From NCBI GenBank assembly GCA_963674595.2, contig CAXXFV010000004.1, positions 96,001 through 160,000 on the forward strand: a DNA stretch of 64,000 nt, written 5' to 3'. Of this stretch, positions 19,830 to 29,820 are shown in pieces. The notes below the pieces were generated by a model that ran no database searches, was not told where the DNA came from, and was given only the letters and a program-made list of their open reading frames with translations. This stretch comes from a bacterium. GTDB lineage: Bacteria > Zhuqueibacterota > Zhuqueibacteria > Residuimicrobiales > Krinioviventaceae. Positions within the stretch are counted from its first letter, which is position 1. Each line of letters begins with the position of its first letter. The translations under genes and the position numbers were made by a program.

Positions 19830-21118
19830 TTAAATAACCGTATTATCACGTATAACAGCTCCTTTTGTAACAATTACAATTCCACTATTAATATAATAAC
19901 CACTCTCCTCGTTAGTTTCTTCTGCAATATCTTTTCATTAATTATTTTTACATTCTTTCCAATTCTGGCATTTTTATCGATAATTGCTTTTTTTATGATT
20001 GTATTTTGGCCGATTCCTATGGGTGGAATATCGGAATTACGATCCGATTCAATTTCATCATGGGTCTGATAAAAATCCGCACCCATAATTAAAGAATCTT
20101 CAATTATAGAATTAGGACGGATTCGGGAACGAATGCCTATAATTGAACCTTTTACTATTGCCTGACTTATTATACAACCATCACATATCATCGAATTATC
20201 GACATGACTATCAAATATTTTGTTTGGCGGCAAAAAACGGGGCCGGGAAAAAATTTGTTTATCTGCATCATAAAAACTAAATCTGGGGTTTGGGTGCTCA
20301 AGCAAATCCAGATTCGCTTTATAAAAAGCTTCAATCGTTCCTATATCTTCCCAATAGTCATTAAACAAATATGCCTGAACATTTAATTCATCTAAAGAGG
20401 ATGGAATAATCTCTTTACCAAAATCTGTTTGGTTTGCATTTTCGGATAAAAGTTTTATTAGCACTTCTTTTTTAAATACATAAATACCCATCGAAGCGAT
20501 ATAAGGTTTTTGTGTTGCTGTTTCTTTGTCAAGCCCAAGAACTTTCGTGTCCACTTGCATGGACTTTAAAGCATCACCTGTTGGTTTTTCTTTAAACTCT
20601 TTAACCCTTCCATGATCATCTATTTTAAGCAACCCAAATTCAGATGCATTTTTTTCGCCTTCGGGAACAACGGAAATGGTTATATCGGCATTGGTTTCAC
20701 GATGATGATCAACAAATTTCTGATAATCCATACGGTAGAGGTGGTCACCGGACAAAACCAAATAATCAGTCACACGCATATGTTTAAACCGATGTATATA
20801 TTGACGAACAGCATCAGCGGTTCCCTGAAACCAATTGGTGCTTTCCGGGGTTTGTTGTGCGGCCAGAATTTCAACAAATCCATCCATAAAGGGAGAAAAC
20901 TGGTATGTTTTAACAATATGACGGTTTAAGGATGCAGAGTTAAACTGGGTGAGGATATAAATTTTCTGAATACCGGAATTAATACAGTTACTGACCGGAA
21001 TATCAATTAAACGGTACCTTCCGGCTAAAGGAACGGCAGGTTTTGCACGCATTTTTGTAAGCGGATAAAGACGTGTGCCTCTACCACCTCCAAGGATAAT
21101 CGATAATACGTTGTGCAT
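19830..21118 (-). CDS. glgC: Glucose-1-phosphate adenylyltransferase (frameshift at ~19932-19935 hides the true C-terminus)
   Basis: [43 protein letters not shown] and WEDIGT. Adding one base gives ...[23 protein letters not shown] ending at 19830. Confidence 0.95.
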
Positions 21119-21227
21119 AAAAAATTCCTGTGTTTGGTTATTTTAGTATTTACGGTGCTGCCGCAGTAAGAAATGGTACTAGTAATATATCGACTCCATA
21201 TCAAAACTGCAACAGCCAAATAATATT

Positions 21228-24200
21228 TTATCGTTCCGGATAGGAAGGAATTTTAGGTTTTGAGGACACTGTTTTCAATTGTTCCAGTAAATACTCTATA
21301 GCTTTGTCTAATTGCGGGTCCAGACCATTAACAACCTGTTCAGGACGATTTTCCACTTCCATGTCAGGGGCAACGCCTATATTTTCCACGGCCCATTTAC
21401 CTTCGGTATCAAAAAAACTGAACTGAGGAATGGTTATCGATCCACCATCAATTAAAGCAGGATTGGCAGTGATTCCAATTAATCCTCCCCACGTACGCTT
21501 TCCGATAAGCGGGCCAAGCCCTCTTTTGCGAAAATAATAAGGAAAAGCGTCGCCGCCGGAACTAGAGTATTCGTTTATCAGACATACTTTTGGGCCTTCA
21601 TGCACAAAAGCCGGTGTTTGTGTAATCACCTCTCCACGGCGCGCCCAGTAATTGACAACCTGACGGTCCAACAGTTCGATCATTCGTTCCGGAATAAATC
21701 CGCCGCCGTTATATCGCACATCAATAACAAGTGCATCCTTTCCGGCTTGTGGATAAAACCACCGAAACAATTCCTTGTTACCTTCAAACGCCGTGTTCGG
21801 CAAATGAATGTAACCGACACGACCGTTTGTTTTTTTATCCACATAATCACGGTTCTTAGCAACCCAATCCAGATAGCGTAAATCCGATTCACTGGCTATG
21901 GGTTTGAATTTTACGTCCCACGCGCCCTGATAGGAAGGTTTATTATTAATGGTTAATGTAACGATAGTGTTTAAAGTATTTTCCGTATATTTGTAAAAAT
22001 TATCTTTGGCGGTAACTTTATTTCCATTAACAGCTAAAATATAATCGCCAACTGCGGCCTTAACGCCCGGCATTGTTAATGGTGATCGCCAGTTTTTATG
22101 CCAGTTTTCACCTTTGAATATTTTTTCTATTCTATAAAATCCGGAAACCGGCTGCAGTTCCGCGCCTAAAAGGCCGGATTGAATTCTTTTAACTTTTGGC
22201 TGGTCTCCCGGCTGCACATAAGTATGCCCGGTTGCCAGTTCTCCCACCATTTCACCAAAAATATAATCCAAATCAGCACGATGGGCAACATAAGGGACGA
22301 GTGGCTCATATCTGTTTTTAATGCCTTCCCAATCCACGCCATGCAAGGAAGGATCATAAAACCAGTCCCGAAAAATCCTGTAAACATCGGTAAACATTTG
22401 CACCCACTCTTTTTTGGGATCTATATGCATGGTCAATTTATCTGTTGCCAATTTACCGTTTTCTTTTTGGTTCGGTTTCAGGTCGGCAATCCCGTAGGAT
22501 TTTCCATTTTTATAAATAAATTTTTGTGCATCAAACGTCAATCTGTAACTGTTAATATTAGTCATGACCGTTTCTTCTTTTCGGTTTTCCATGTCATAAT
22601 AAAACAGCGATGTTTTACCATTATGACGACGTAAATATACCGGACCGGTTGTTGATGCGCTCAAGGCCTGATAACCACCAGGTGAAATATCCAAAGCTAC
22701 TACCCGGTCAGGAAAACCGTCAATATCGATTTTTATATCACCATTGTGGTTGTTATTTGATTCATCCTGTTCTTTACCCTGATTTTCTTCATCGCTCTTG
22801 GGTTCAAAAGGATTAGGGCATGCTTTTGTTAGCGTCACTAAAAAGATCCGATTGCTGTTATCATAAATATAATCAAATTCGTATTCACTAAAACTCAGGT
22901 TAAAATCACGCTGGGAGATAAAATACAGGTATTTCCCGTTCGGATCAAAAACCGGATTGGTGTCCTGTGTATAATCCTTTGTCAATTGAAAGATTTTTTT
23001 GTTTCTAGTATCATACAACCAAATACTGTTCATCTGATTTTCAGATTGTTTGGTGTAGGTGAGCCAACGACTGTCCGGTGACCAGTTTATATCGTTGATT
23101 ATAGAATAGGATGCTTTATCAGCCACAATAATTTTACCTGTGGAAATATCAAGGATTCCAAGCTGCATTTTTTTATCAGAAAACGCAACACAGCGTGAAT
23201 CCGGCGACCACACAGGCTCAAATGTCCACACATTATTTCCGGATGTCAATTTTTTCGGGGGATTTTTCCCCATAGGATCTGCTAAATAAAACTCGTATTC
23301 GCCGGAAGCATCACTTTGGTAAATGATATGCTTTCCATCCGGTGACCACACAGGCGTTCGTTCACGCACGCCCTGGGTATTGGTAATATTTCGAACATTA
23401 CCGTTTTCAGCCGGTATGGTAAAAACATCTCCCCGGGCACAAAACAAGGCCCTTTTGGCTGAAGGAGAGAGACTAAAAGATTCAATCCACTTATCCACTG
23501 TCTTGTAAACAGGTCTTGTCATTGGAAGATCATCATAAATTGAAACATCAATTTTCCGACTTTTACCGGTTTTGGTATCCAAATGGTAAATATATCCGCC
23601 GTTTTCATAAACAATACCGCCGACCCCTCTACTGGGCCACAAAACATCGAACTCTGAATAATCCGTTACTTTTTGTGTATCTTTTGTCTCTGTGTTATAT
23701 TTGTACAAGTTTAATTTGTTATCCCTATCCGATGTAAAATAAATATCTTGATCCACCCACATGGGGAAATTATCCGTTGCATCCGTATCTATTATTTTTT
23801 CGGAACTGTTTTCAGCAAAATTATAAATCCAGATGTCCTGTGCGCGTCCACCGCGATACCGTTTCCATGTTCGAAATTCACGTGAAATAGGATTGTAGGC
23901 GATTTTTTTCCCATCCGGGGAATAGGTGGCAAGCCCGCCTTCGGACAAGACCAGTTCCTGTTCATATCCGCCTGAAATATCAACAAGGTAATATTTGCCC
24001 AATCTTTCGCCGTAGGGCACGCGGTTGCACCGGACCAGTATCTTTTTACTGTCCGGCGTCCAATCCATAATTTGATAATCCCAACCGCCTCTTGGGGGCA
24101 ACGGACCTACATCGGCATAAAAAGTCAGTTGTCTGGGTTCTCCACCGGTGGAAGGCATCACATAAACCTGACGGCTCCCGCTGTATTCAGCAGAAAAAGC

Positions 24201-24428
24201 AATCCATTGACCATCAGGAGAAAATCTGGGAAAAAGCTCCATACCTTCATGAGATGTTAAACGTCGCGCCGTACCACCCTGTGCTGAAACCAGCCACAAA
24301 TCACCTGCATATACAAAAACAACATCGTTGTTATGAATATGTGGAAAACGCAATAACCGTGCTTCGGCAAAAACAAGGCTAACCATGGAAAAAAGAATGG
24401 CCAAACAAAGTAATATTTTTGATCTCAT
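21228..24428 (-). CDS. Tricorn-like S41 protease, periplasmic
   Basis: Signal peptide, PD40 beta-propeller repeats (FSPDG/WSPD), PDZ-like region, DVRYNGGG, SSSGGDAF and GKRTWGG. ATG 24428 has an RBS. Confidence 0.93.
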   Translation of the reverse strand: MRSKILLCLAILFSMVSLVFAEARLLRFPHIHNNDVVFVYAGDLWLVSAQGGTARRLTSHEGMELFPRFSPDGQWIAFSAEYSGSRQVYVMPSTGGEPRQLTFYADVGPLPPRGGWDYQIMDWTPDSKKILVRCNRVPYGERLGKYYLVDISGGYEQELVLSEGGLATYSPDGKKIAYNPISREFRTWKRYRGGRAQDIWIYNFAENSSEKIIDTDATDNFPMWVDQDIYFTSDRDNKLNLYKYNTETKDTQKVTDYSEFDVLWPSRGVGGIVYENGGYIYHLDTKTGKSRKIDVSIYDDLPMTRPVYKTVDKWIESFSLSPSAKRALFCARGDVFTIPAENGNVRNITNTQGVRERTPVWSPDGKHIIYQSDASGEYEFYLADPMGKNPPKKLTSGNNVWTFEPVWSPDSRCVAFSDKKMQLGILDISTGKIIVADKASYSIINDINWSPDSRWLTYTKQSENQMNSIWLYDTRNKKIFQLTKDYTQDTNPVFDPNGKYLYFISQRDFNLSFSEYEFDYIYDNSNRIFLVTLTKACPNPFEPKSDEENQGKEQDESNNNHNGDIKIDIDGFPDRVVALDISPGGYQALSASTTGPVYLRRHNGKTSLFYYDMENRKEETVMTNINSYRLTFDAQKFIYKNGKSYGIADLKPNQKENGKLATDKLTMHIDPKKEWVQMFTDVYRIFRDWFYDPSLHGVDWEGIKNRYEPLVPYVAHRADLDYIFGEMVGELATGHTYVQPGDQPKVKRIQSGLLGAELQPVSGFYRIEKIFKGENWHKNWRSPLTMPGVKAAVGDYILAVNGNKVTAKDNFYKYTENTLNTIVTLTINNKPSYQGAWDVKFKPIASESDLRYLDWVAKNRDYVDKKTNGRVGYIHLPNTAFEGNKELFRWFYPQAGKDALVIDVRYNGGGFIPERMIELLDRQVVNYWARRGEVITQTPAFVHEGPKVCLINEYSSSGGDAFPYYFRKRGLGPLIGKRTWGGLIGITANPALIDGGSITIPQFSFFDTEGKWAVENIGVAPDMEVENRPEQVVNGLDPQLDKAIEYLLEQLKTVSSKPKIPSYPER

Positions 24429-24447
24429 AAACCCACTCCCGTTATTA

Positions 24448-25407
24448 TTATGCAAGCTGATTTCCTAATTTTAAAAATTCCCGGCACATCGCATCAATTG
24501 CTTGCTGAGTGTGCCCGGCACCAACCGGGTCCGAATACCACCTGGGAATAAAACCGCCCTTTGACGTTCCCAAATGACGAACCATATCGCGGCAATATTT
24601 TCGAATATCATCCATTGAGCCGTTAACCATGGTATTTTGAATATCTACCGGAGCAAAAAAGGTCAATCGTCCCCGGAAGCGATTCCCCAGCTCTTCAAGG
24701 CCCATATTTTCCTGCTGGTCCATGTGAATGACATCCAAACCAATTTCTATTAAATCATCCAAAATGTCAACAATATATCCGCAACTATGTAAAAACGTCA
24801 GCAACCCGGCATCATGGGCCGCACGATAAATTCGCTCATAGCGCGGTTTCCAAATTTGACGCCATTTTTCCGGAGAAATCATCAACTTGTTTTGCAATCC
24901 CCAGTCATCCGGAAAAATATAACCATCGGCTCCCAATTCTGCATATTTTTTAATGGCATATAAATTCATTTCAACGAGAATATCAATAATTTCGCCCAAT
25001 TTTTCGGGATTTTCATAAATATCCATCCAAGTGTTTTCCAATCCCCGAATAAAGTGCACCCTTTCATAAATTGAAACACCGGAGGCCAGAATAAATTTTT
25101 CTCCGGCCTGTTCACGAATATTTTCAAGACTTTTCCATCTTTTATCATCCGAAATATCCGGAATTTTTAAATTGGATAGTTGACTCCACTCTTTTAACGG
25201 AAACTCCTGTACTTCTCCAAGGTTCATATTGCCAATATTTTTCCAAACTGCCCCCCATTCATCGATGCCGTTTTTAGGACGATCATCAGGTGACGGCGAC
25301 ATATTTACAAAAACAAAATCAGAACCATAATTTTCCGGAAAATCATAGGCAAGTCGTTCAGGGGATTTGAACAGAATTGAATTCATCACTAGTTCTTGGC
25401 TGGTCAT
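24448..25407 (-). CDS. Uroporphyrinogen decarboxylase-family (MtaA/CmuA-like) protein
   Basis: DEWG, RGLEN, DDWG..MISP, HSCG and VDIQ motifs. Confidence 0.85.
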   Translation of the reverse strand: MTSQELVMNSILFKSPERLAYDFPENYGSDFVFVNMSPSPDDRPKNGIDEWGAVWKNIGNMNLGEVQEFPLKEWSQLSNLKIPDISDDKRWKSLENIREQAGEKFILASGVSIYERVHFIRGLENTWMDIYENPEKLGEIIDILVEMNLYAIKKYAELGADGYIFPDDWGLQNKLMISPEKWRQIWKPRYERIYRAAHDAGLLTFLHSCGYIVDILDDLIEIGLDVIHMDQQENMGLEELGNRFRGRLTFFAPVDIQNTMVNGSMDDIRKYCRDMVRHLGTSKGGFIPRWYSDPVGAGHTQQAIDAMCREFLKLGNQLA

Positions 25408-25449
25408 CAGGTACCTCGTTATTTATTGTTAGATTATTTCCAGATATAA

Positions 25450-26637
25450 TTAAGAATCAAAGCAGTCGGAAAGCAATACGCAAATTTCATCGTATAATAA
25501 TATTCCCTGCTCTGTTAAAAACAAATATTTATCTTTAAATCCAAAGTATTTTTCTGTTGTTGAATTTTGAAACGGCAATACTTTATTATCAATTCCACCA
25601 AGCCGGTCAATAGCTTTTAGAGCGGATTGCAGGAAATCACCTCCTGTTTCAAACTTCCATTCGGATAAATTAATTCCTCTTTTTCTACGGAGACCCAGAA
25701 GGATCAATTCTTCATGTCTTTTTGTATTATCCAATTTTTCATACTCCTGCACCGGTAATTGTTCGGTTTTAAGCCTGGAACAATAATCATCAAGGTCAGA
25801 TACATTCCACCATCGGCGTTGTCCGTCAAAAGAGTGAGCAGACGGGCCCAAACCGAGAAAATGAGTGCCGTCCCAGTAAGACATATTATGAATGGATTCA
25901 TGTCCGGGCCGGGCGAAATTGGATATTTCATAGTGATCATATCCGGCCGCTTCGAGTGTTTTTTTCCCCTGCAAATACATTTCACGTTCCAGTTCTTCCG
26001 GAGCAGAAATCACATCACCCTGTTCCAGCATGTGCCGCAACGGTGTAGCTTCTTCATAAGTAAGCCCATACATGGAAATATGATCAGGAGATATATTGAC
26101 AGCTTGCTCAAGAGACTGCTTCCAGTCTTTCTGTGTCTGCCCGGGAATTGCATAAATCAAATCAATACCAACATTTTCAAAACCGGCTTGTTTCGCAGCA
26201 AGAATGGCTTGTTTTGACTCAGTGACATCATGTATACGCCCAAGAATTTTCAGTTCTTTATCTAAAAAAGATTGTACCCCGAATGTAATACGATTAATTC
26301 CAGCTTTACGGTATATTAACAATTTTTCCGGCGTAACAGATTCCGGGTTGACCTCAACCGATATTTGTATATTTGCAGACAGCGAAAAATTTTCATGAAT
26401 GGTTTGCAGAATATCTTTAATCTGTTCAACCGACAACAGAGAAGGTGTCCCGCCCCCCAGATAAACAGATTTTATTGTTTCCCCGGTAAAAATTTTATTC
26501 TTATAAAGTTGAATTTCAGTTTTCAATGTTTGAACAAAACACTCTATTTTGGACAAATGTGTTACCGAAAAAAAATCACAATATAAACATTTCTTTTTGC
26601 AAAAAGGTATGTGTATATACAAAACAGGGTCAGCCAT
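25450..26637 (-). CDS. hemW: Radical SAM heme chaperone HemW
   Basis: YIHIPFCKKKCLYCDF, GGGTPS, GVQSF, YEISNFA and HNMSYW. Confidence 0.92.
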   Translation of the reverse strand: MADPVLYIHIPFCKKKCLYCDFFSVTHLSKIECFVQTLKTEIQLYKNKIFTGETIKSVYLGGGTPSLLSVEQIKDILQTIHENFSLSANIQISVEVNPESVTPEKLLIYRKAGINRITFGVQSFLDKELKILGRIHDVTESKQAILAAKQAGFENVGIDLIYAIPGQTQKDWKQSLEQAVNISPDHISMYGLTYEEATPLRHMLEQGDVISAPEELEREMYLQGKKTLEAAGYDHYEISNFARPGHESIHNMSYWDGTHFLGLGPSAHSFDGQRRWWNVSDLDDYCSRLKTEQLPVQEYEKLDNTKRHEELILLGLRRKRGINLSEWKFETGGDFLQSALKAIDRLGGIDNKVLPFQNSTTEKYFGFKDKYLFLTEQGILLYDEICVLLSDCFDS

Positions 26638-26658
26638 ATTTTATCCATAAATATAATT

Positions 26659-26687
26659 AAAAAAAGCGGTTTTAAAGCCGCTTTTTT
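26659..26687 (-). terminator. Intrinsic terminator after lepB
   Basis: AAAAAAGCGG-N8-CCGCTTTTTT. Confidence 0.75.
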
Positions 26688-27411
26688 AATGAATAATATT
26701 AAAAATCCTGTTCCATCTAATCTTGGAAACAAGCTTCCAAATCGGTTCACTTTTGTCCCACGACCAATAAATCACCAGCGCCTCACCGACAATATTTTTC
26801 TTTGGTAAATATCCCCAATAACGGCTGTCCTGACTGTTATCCCGATTGTCACCAAGCATAAAAAAATTGTCCTCGGGAACAACAAAAGGCCCCATGTCCT
26901 GATAATGTGGACTATAATCTGCATATCTCCGAATCGTATAATCACAACCATTGGCCGTTTTAACGTGGTAATAATTAACATAATGCCCGTCAGCAGGATC
27001 AAATTCTTTTGTAACAAAATTTATATCGCCTTCCAGAGAACCGTTTATATAAATATCACCCTGCCGAATTTCCAATGTATCCCCTGGCAGCCCGATACAT
27101 CTTTTTATATAGTCAAGTTTTTCATCTTTAGGATATTTAAAAACAATAATATCACCTCTTTTGGGTTCTTTAAAGGCCGGCATGCGTAACGAAGGTAATT
27201 TAACATCTAAAAGAGGAATTCGGTCCGGGGTCCTGGCTCCATATATAAATTTGTTAACCAACAAAAAATCACCAACGAGTAATGTATCTTTCATGGAGCC
27301 TGTCGGGATACGAAAAGCCTGAATGACAACAGCCCTTAATATTAGAGCTGCTATAATTGCAACTGTAAAAGCTTCTACATATTCCCGCATTGCAGTTTTT
27401 TTCTTGTCCAT
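26686..27411 (-). CDS. lepB: Signal peptidase I
   Basis: IPTGSMKDTL (Ser), YIKRCIGLPGD (Lys) and GDNRDNSQDSRYWG. Confidence 0.96.
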   Translation of the reverse strand: MDKKKTAMREYVEAFTVAIIAALILRAVVIQAFRIPTGSMKDTLLVGDFLLVNKFIYGARTPDRIPLLDVKLPSLRMPAFKEPKRGDIIVFKYPKDEKLDYIKRCIGLPGDTLEIRQGDIYINGSLEGDINFVTKEFDPADGHYVNYYHVKTANGCDYTIRRYADYSPHYQDMGPFVVPEDNFFMLGDNRDNSQDSRYWGYLPKKNIVGEALVIYWSWDKSEPIWKLVSKIRWNRIFNIIH

Positions 27412-27439
27412 TTTTTAACCTTTCACACTGACTTTTGAG

Positions 27440-29041
27440 CTAGTACAACCAGTCCAGTCTATATAACTTTTTTACTGATAAAACAGTTCCCGTTGAAAAC
27501 ACTAATATACAATAAATTATAAAAGCAATCAAACCATAAAATAACAAATTATAGGTCACACTTATAGCAAGGATACAAACACCAATAAACCAAAATACAA
27601 TGGTAATTATAATAGAAAAAAGTGTTCCACCTGCCTGGTACATTTGTCTTGGATTATTCCAATCAAATTTTGAAAAATAAAATCCCATAAAAACACCAAT
27701 GGTAGAAACACCCAGACTGCCGAAAATAAGGTAAATTACCGCCGTCCAAAACAATTCCATCGTGCTATTAAAACGATAAGCTACAATAGCAGATGAAATA
27801 ACAGACAAGGCAGCTATGATGAAAAAAGAAAATGATATTTTCGATAAAACGAATTTCAGTCCGGCTTGCGGAATAATTTTAATGATACCCAAATTTCGAC
27901 CTTCCAAAGGTAAAAGTCGCATTGTATGGTTTACAGTTAAAACATGATGAAAAAACGATATAAAAAGATACGGGTAATACAAAACCCAGGTTTCATAAAA
28001 ACCGTCCATGTCATTCTGCACAATAAACGGAAGGACCAACAGAACAGCAAATAACATAAAGTATTGACTCATGAACCGGCTGTCTCGTTTAATCAGCTTT
28101 ATATCTTTGCTTAAGAAAGAAAAATAAACCTTGTTTTCAAAAGGTCCTCTCATTTTTGTGATGTGTTTTTCAGAAGAACCTTGTGAAAAACAATAAACAT
28201 TTGAAAATCGACTTGCCAATTTTATGGCAACATAATAAAGTAACGCTGCAAAAGCAAACATTAAAAAAATATTCAAGATTGAAATTTTTAAATCAGAGTT
28301 AATATATCCGTACACAATTTTAATAAACCAGGTTGACGGCAATAAAGAAGAATATTCCAAAAACCGGGTGTCCGAATATTTCAGCAAACTATTAAATTCA
28401 AAAGATGTTGATGCCGGATCAAAGTGGGAAATTCGTAAAAACTGATAAGCGATCCATGCTACAATAAAAACAATTACAACAATTATGGACATTATATTTT
28501 TTGCCTTTTTCGGCTGAAATACATGCACAAAACCGATACTTATTATTGATGCAAGAGCTGTCGGAATAACAAGAAAAAGCAAACTTGTAATAAAAAGTAA
28601 GACAATAAAAAACAAGGATGGTATCTCTACCACAACTAATGCAGCAAGTGCAGGAACCAGAAACAATATATAGATAAAAAAATTAGTAAATATGGCATTG
28701 ATAAACTTGGAATAATATATCGATTCTCTGGAAATCGGTAATGCAAATAGAAAGGATAAATCTTTTGCCAGAAAATTTTGGTGCAGCATAAGAGGGATGC
28801 TACTTAACACAAAAAAAAAGAACATACCCGAGCATAAATAAGCTAAAAAATTTAAATAAATATTGATCCCGAAACCCGGAATGGAAATCCATGTAGAATA
28901 GAAATGATAAAAATTGGAAAAAAATACAGACCCGAAAAACAAAACGACCATATATCTCAGGACATTCTTTTTATTTTTACCGGAAATTTTAAACTGATTA
29001 AAAATTTCAGAAATTTTAAGTCGTAATAATAATACGGTCAT
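27440..29041 (-). CDS. Putative ABC exporter permease (polytopic membrane protein)
   Basis: More than 10 hydrophobic segments; DLSFLFALPIS motif; follows the ABC ATPase. Confidence 0.8.
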   Translation of the reverse strand: MTVLLLRLKISEIFNQFKISGKNKKNVLRYMVVLFFGSVFFSNFYHFYSTWISIPGFGINIYLNFLAYLCSGMFFFFVLSSIPLMLHQNFLAKDLSFLFALPISRESIYYSKFINAIFTNFFIYILFLVPALAALVVVEIPSLFFIVLLFITSLLFLVIPTALASIISIGFVHVFQPKKAKNIMSIIVVIVFIVAWIAYQFLRISHFDPASTSFEFNSLLKYSDTRFLEYSSLLPSTWFIKIVYGYINSDLKISILNIFLMFAFAALLYYVAIKLASRFSNVYCFSQGSSEKHITKMRGPFENKVYFSFLSKDIKLIKRDSRFMSQYFMLFAVLLVLPFIVQNDMDGFYETWVLYYPYLFISFFHHVLTVNHTMRLLPLEGRNLGIIKIIPQAGLKFVLSKISFSFFIIAALSVISSAIVAYRFNSTMELFWTAVIYLIFGSLGVSTIGVFMGFYFSKFDWNNPRQMYQAGGTLFSIIITIVFWFIGVCILAISVTYNLLFYGLIAFIIYCILVFSTGTVLSVKKLYRLDWLY

Positions 29042-29059
29042 TATAAAAATATTTGTCTG

Positions 29060-29818
29060 TTATTTATTATACAAAAAATCGGATATTTTGGATTCTTTGT
29101 TTGTTTCCGTTAATTCGAGAAATAATTCTTCCAAGTTGACTGCTTTGGAAGAAAAATTTTGTTTAATCTCTTCAATCGTGCCAAGGGCAACAATTTTTCC
29201 GTCTTTAATAATTGCAACCCGATCACACATACGCTCTGCGATTTCCAAAATATGTGTTGACATAAAAACCGTTGTCCCCTTTTCCACCAGTCCTTTTAGC
29301 ATATCTTTAAGATTTTTAGCAGCTTTGGGGTCCAACCCAACAGTAGGTTCATCTAAAAAAAGTATTTTAGGATCGTGTAATAAAGCGCCGATAATCGCCA
29401 CTTTTTGCTTCATTCCATGAGAAAAATCTTCGATCAAGTTATCCAACCGGTCAGATAACTCAAAAATCTCCGCAAGCTGCAGCAAACGATGGTTTGCATC
29501 ATCGTTATTAACGTTATAAACATTTATAAGAAACCTGAAATATTCCCGGGGTGTCAGTTTTTCATAGATATAAGGTTGCTCGGCAACATAACCGAATTGT
29601 TTTTTGGCTTGTAAATCGTTGCTGTGAACATCCAAACCGTTTAAATGAACAAAACCATTTGTCGGTTTTAAAAGTCCTGTCATCATTTTTATTGTTGTGG
29701 TTTTTCCGGCCCCGTTAGGCCCCAAAAACACAAACAATTCATTTTCAACCTGCAAATTCAGATCAGATACGACAACCTTGTCACCAAACTTTTTACACAG
29801 ATTTTCGCATAAAATCAT
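29060..29818 (-). CDS. ABC transporter ATP-binding protein
   Basis: GPNGAGKTT, FSHGMKQK, LFLDEP and H-loop. Confidence 0.95.
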   Translation of the reverse strand: MILCENLCKKFGDKVVVSDLNLQVENELFVFLGPNGAGKTTTIKMMTGLLKPTNGFVHLNGLDVHSNDLQAKKQFGYVAEQPYIYEKLTPREYFRFLINVYNVNNDDANHRLLQLAEIFELSDRLDNLIEDFSHGMKQKVAIIGALLHDPKILFLDEPTVGLDPKAAKNLKDMLKGLVEKGTTVFMSTHILEIAERMCDRVAIIKDGKIVALGTIEEIKQNFSSKAVNLEELFLELTETNKESKISDFLYNK

Positions 29819-29820
29819 AA

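Noticed and set aside
21140-21216. Purine riboswitch in the glgC leader (GAUAUGG, UUUCUUAC and CCGUAAA on the minus strand)
   Set aside because: P2 and P3 stems do not form around these loops, the spacing is too long, and the gene context is wrong.
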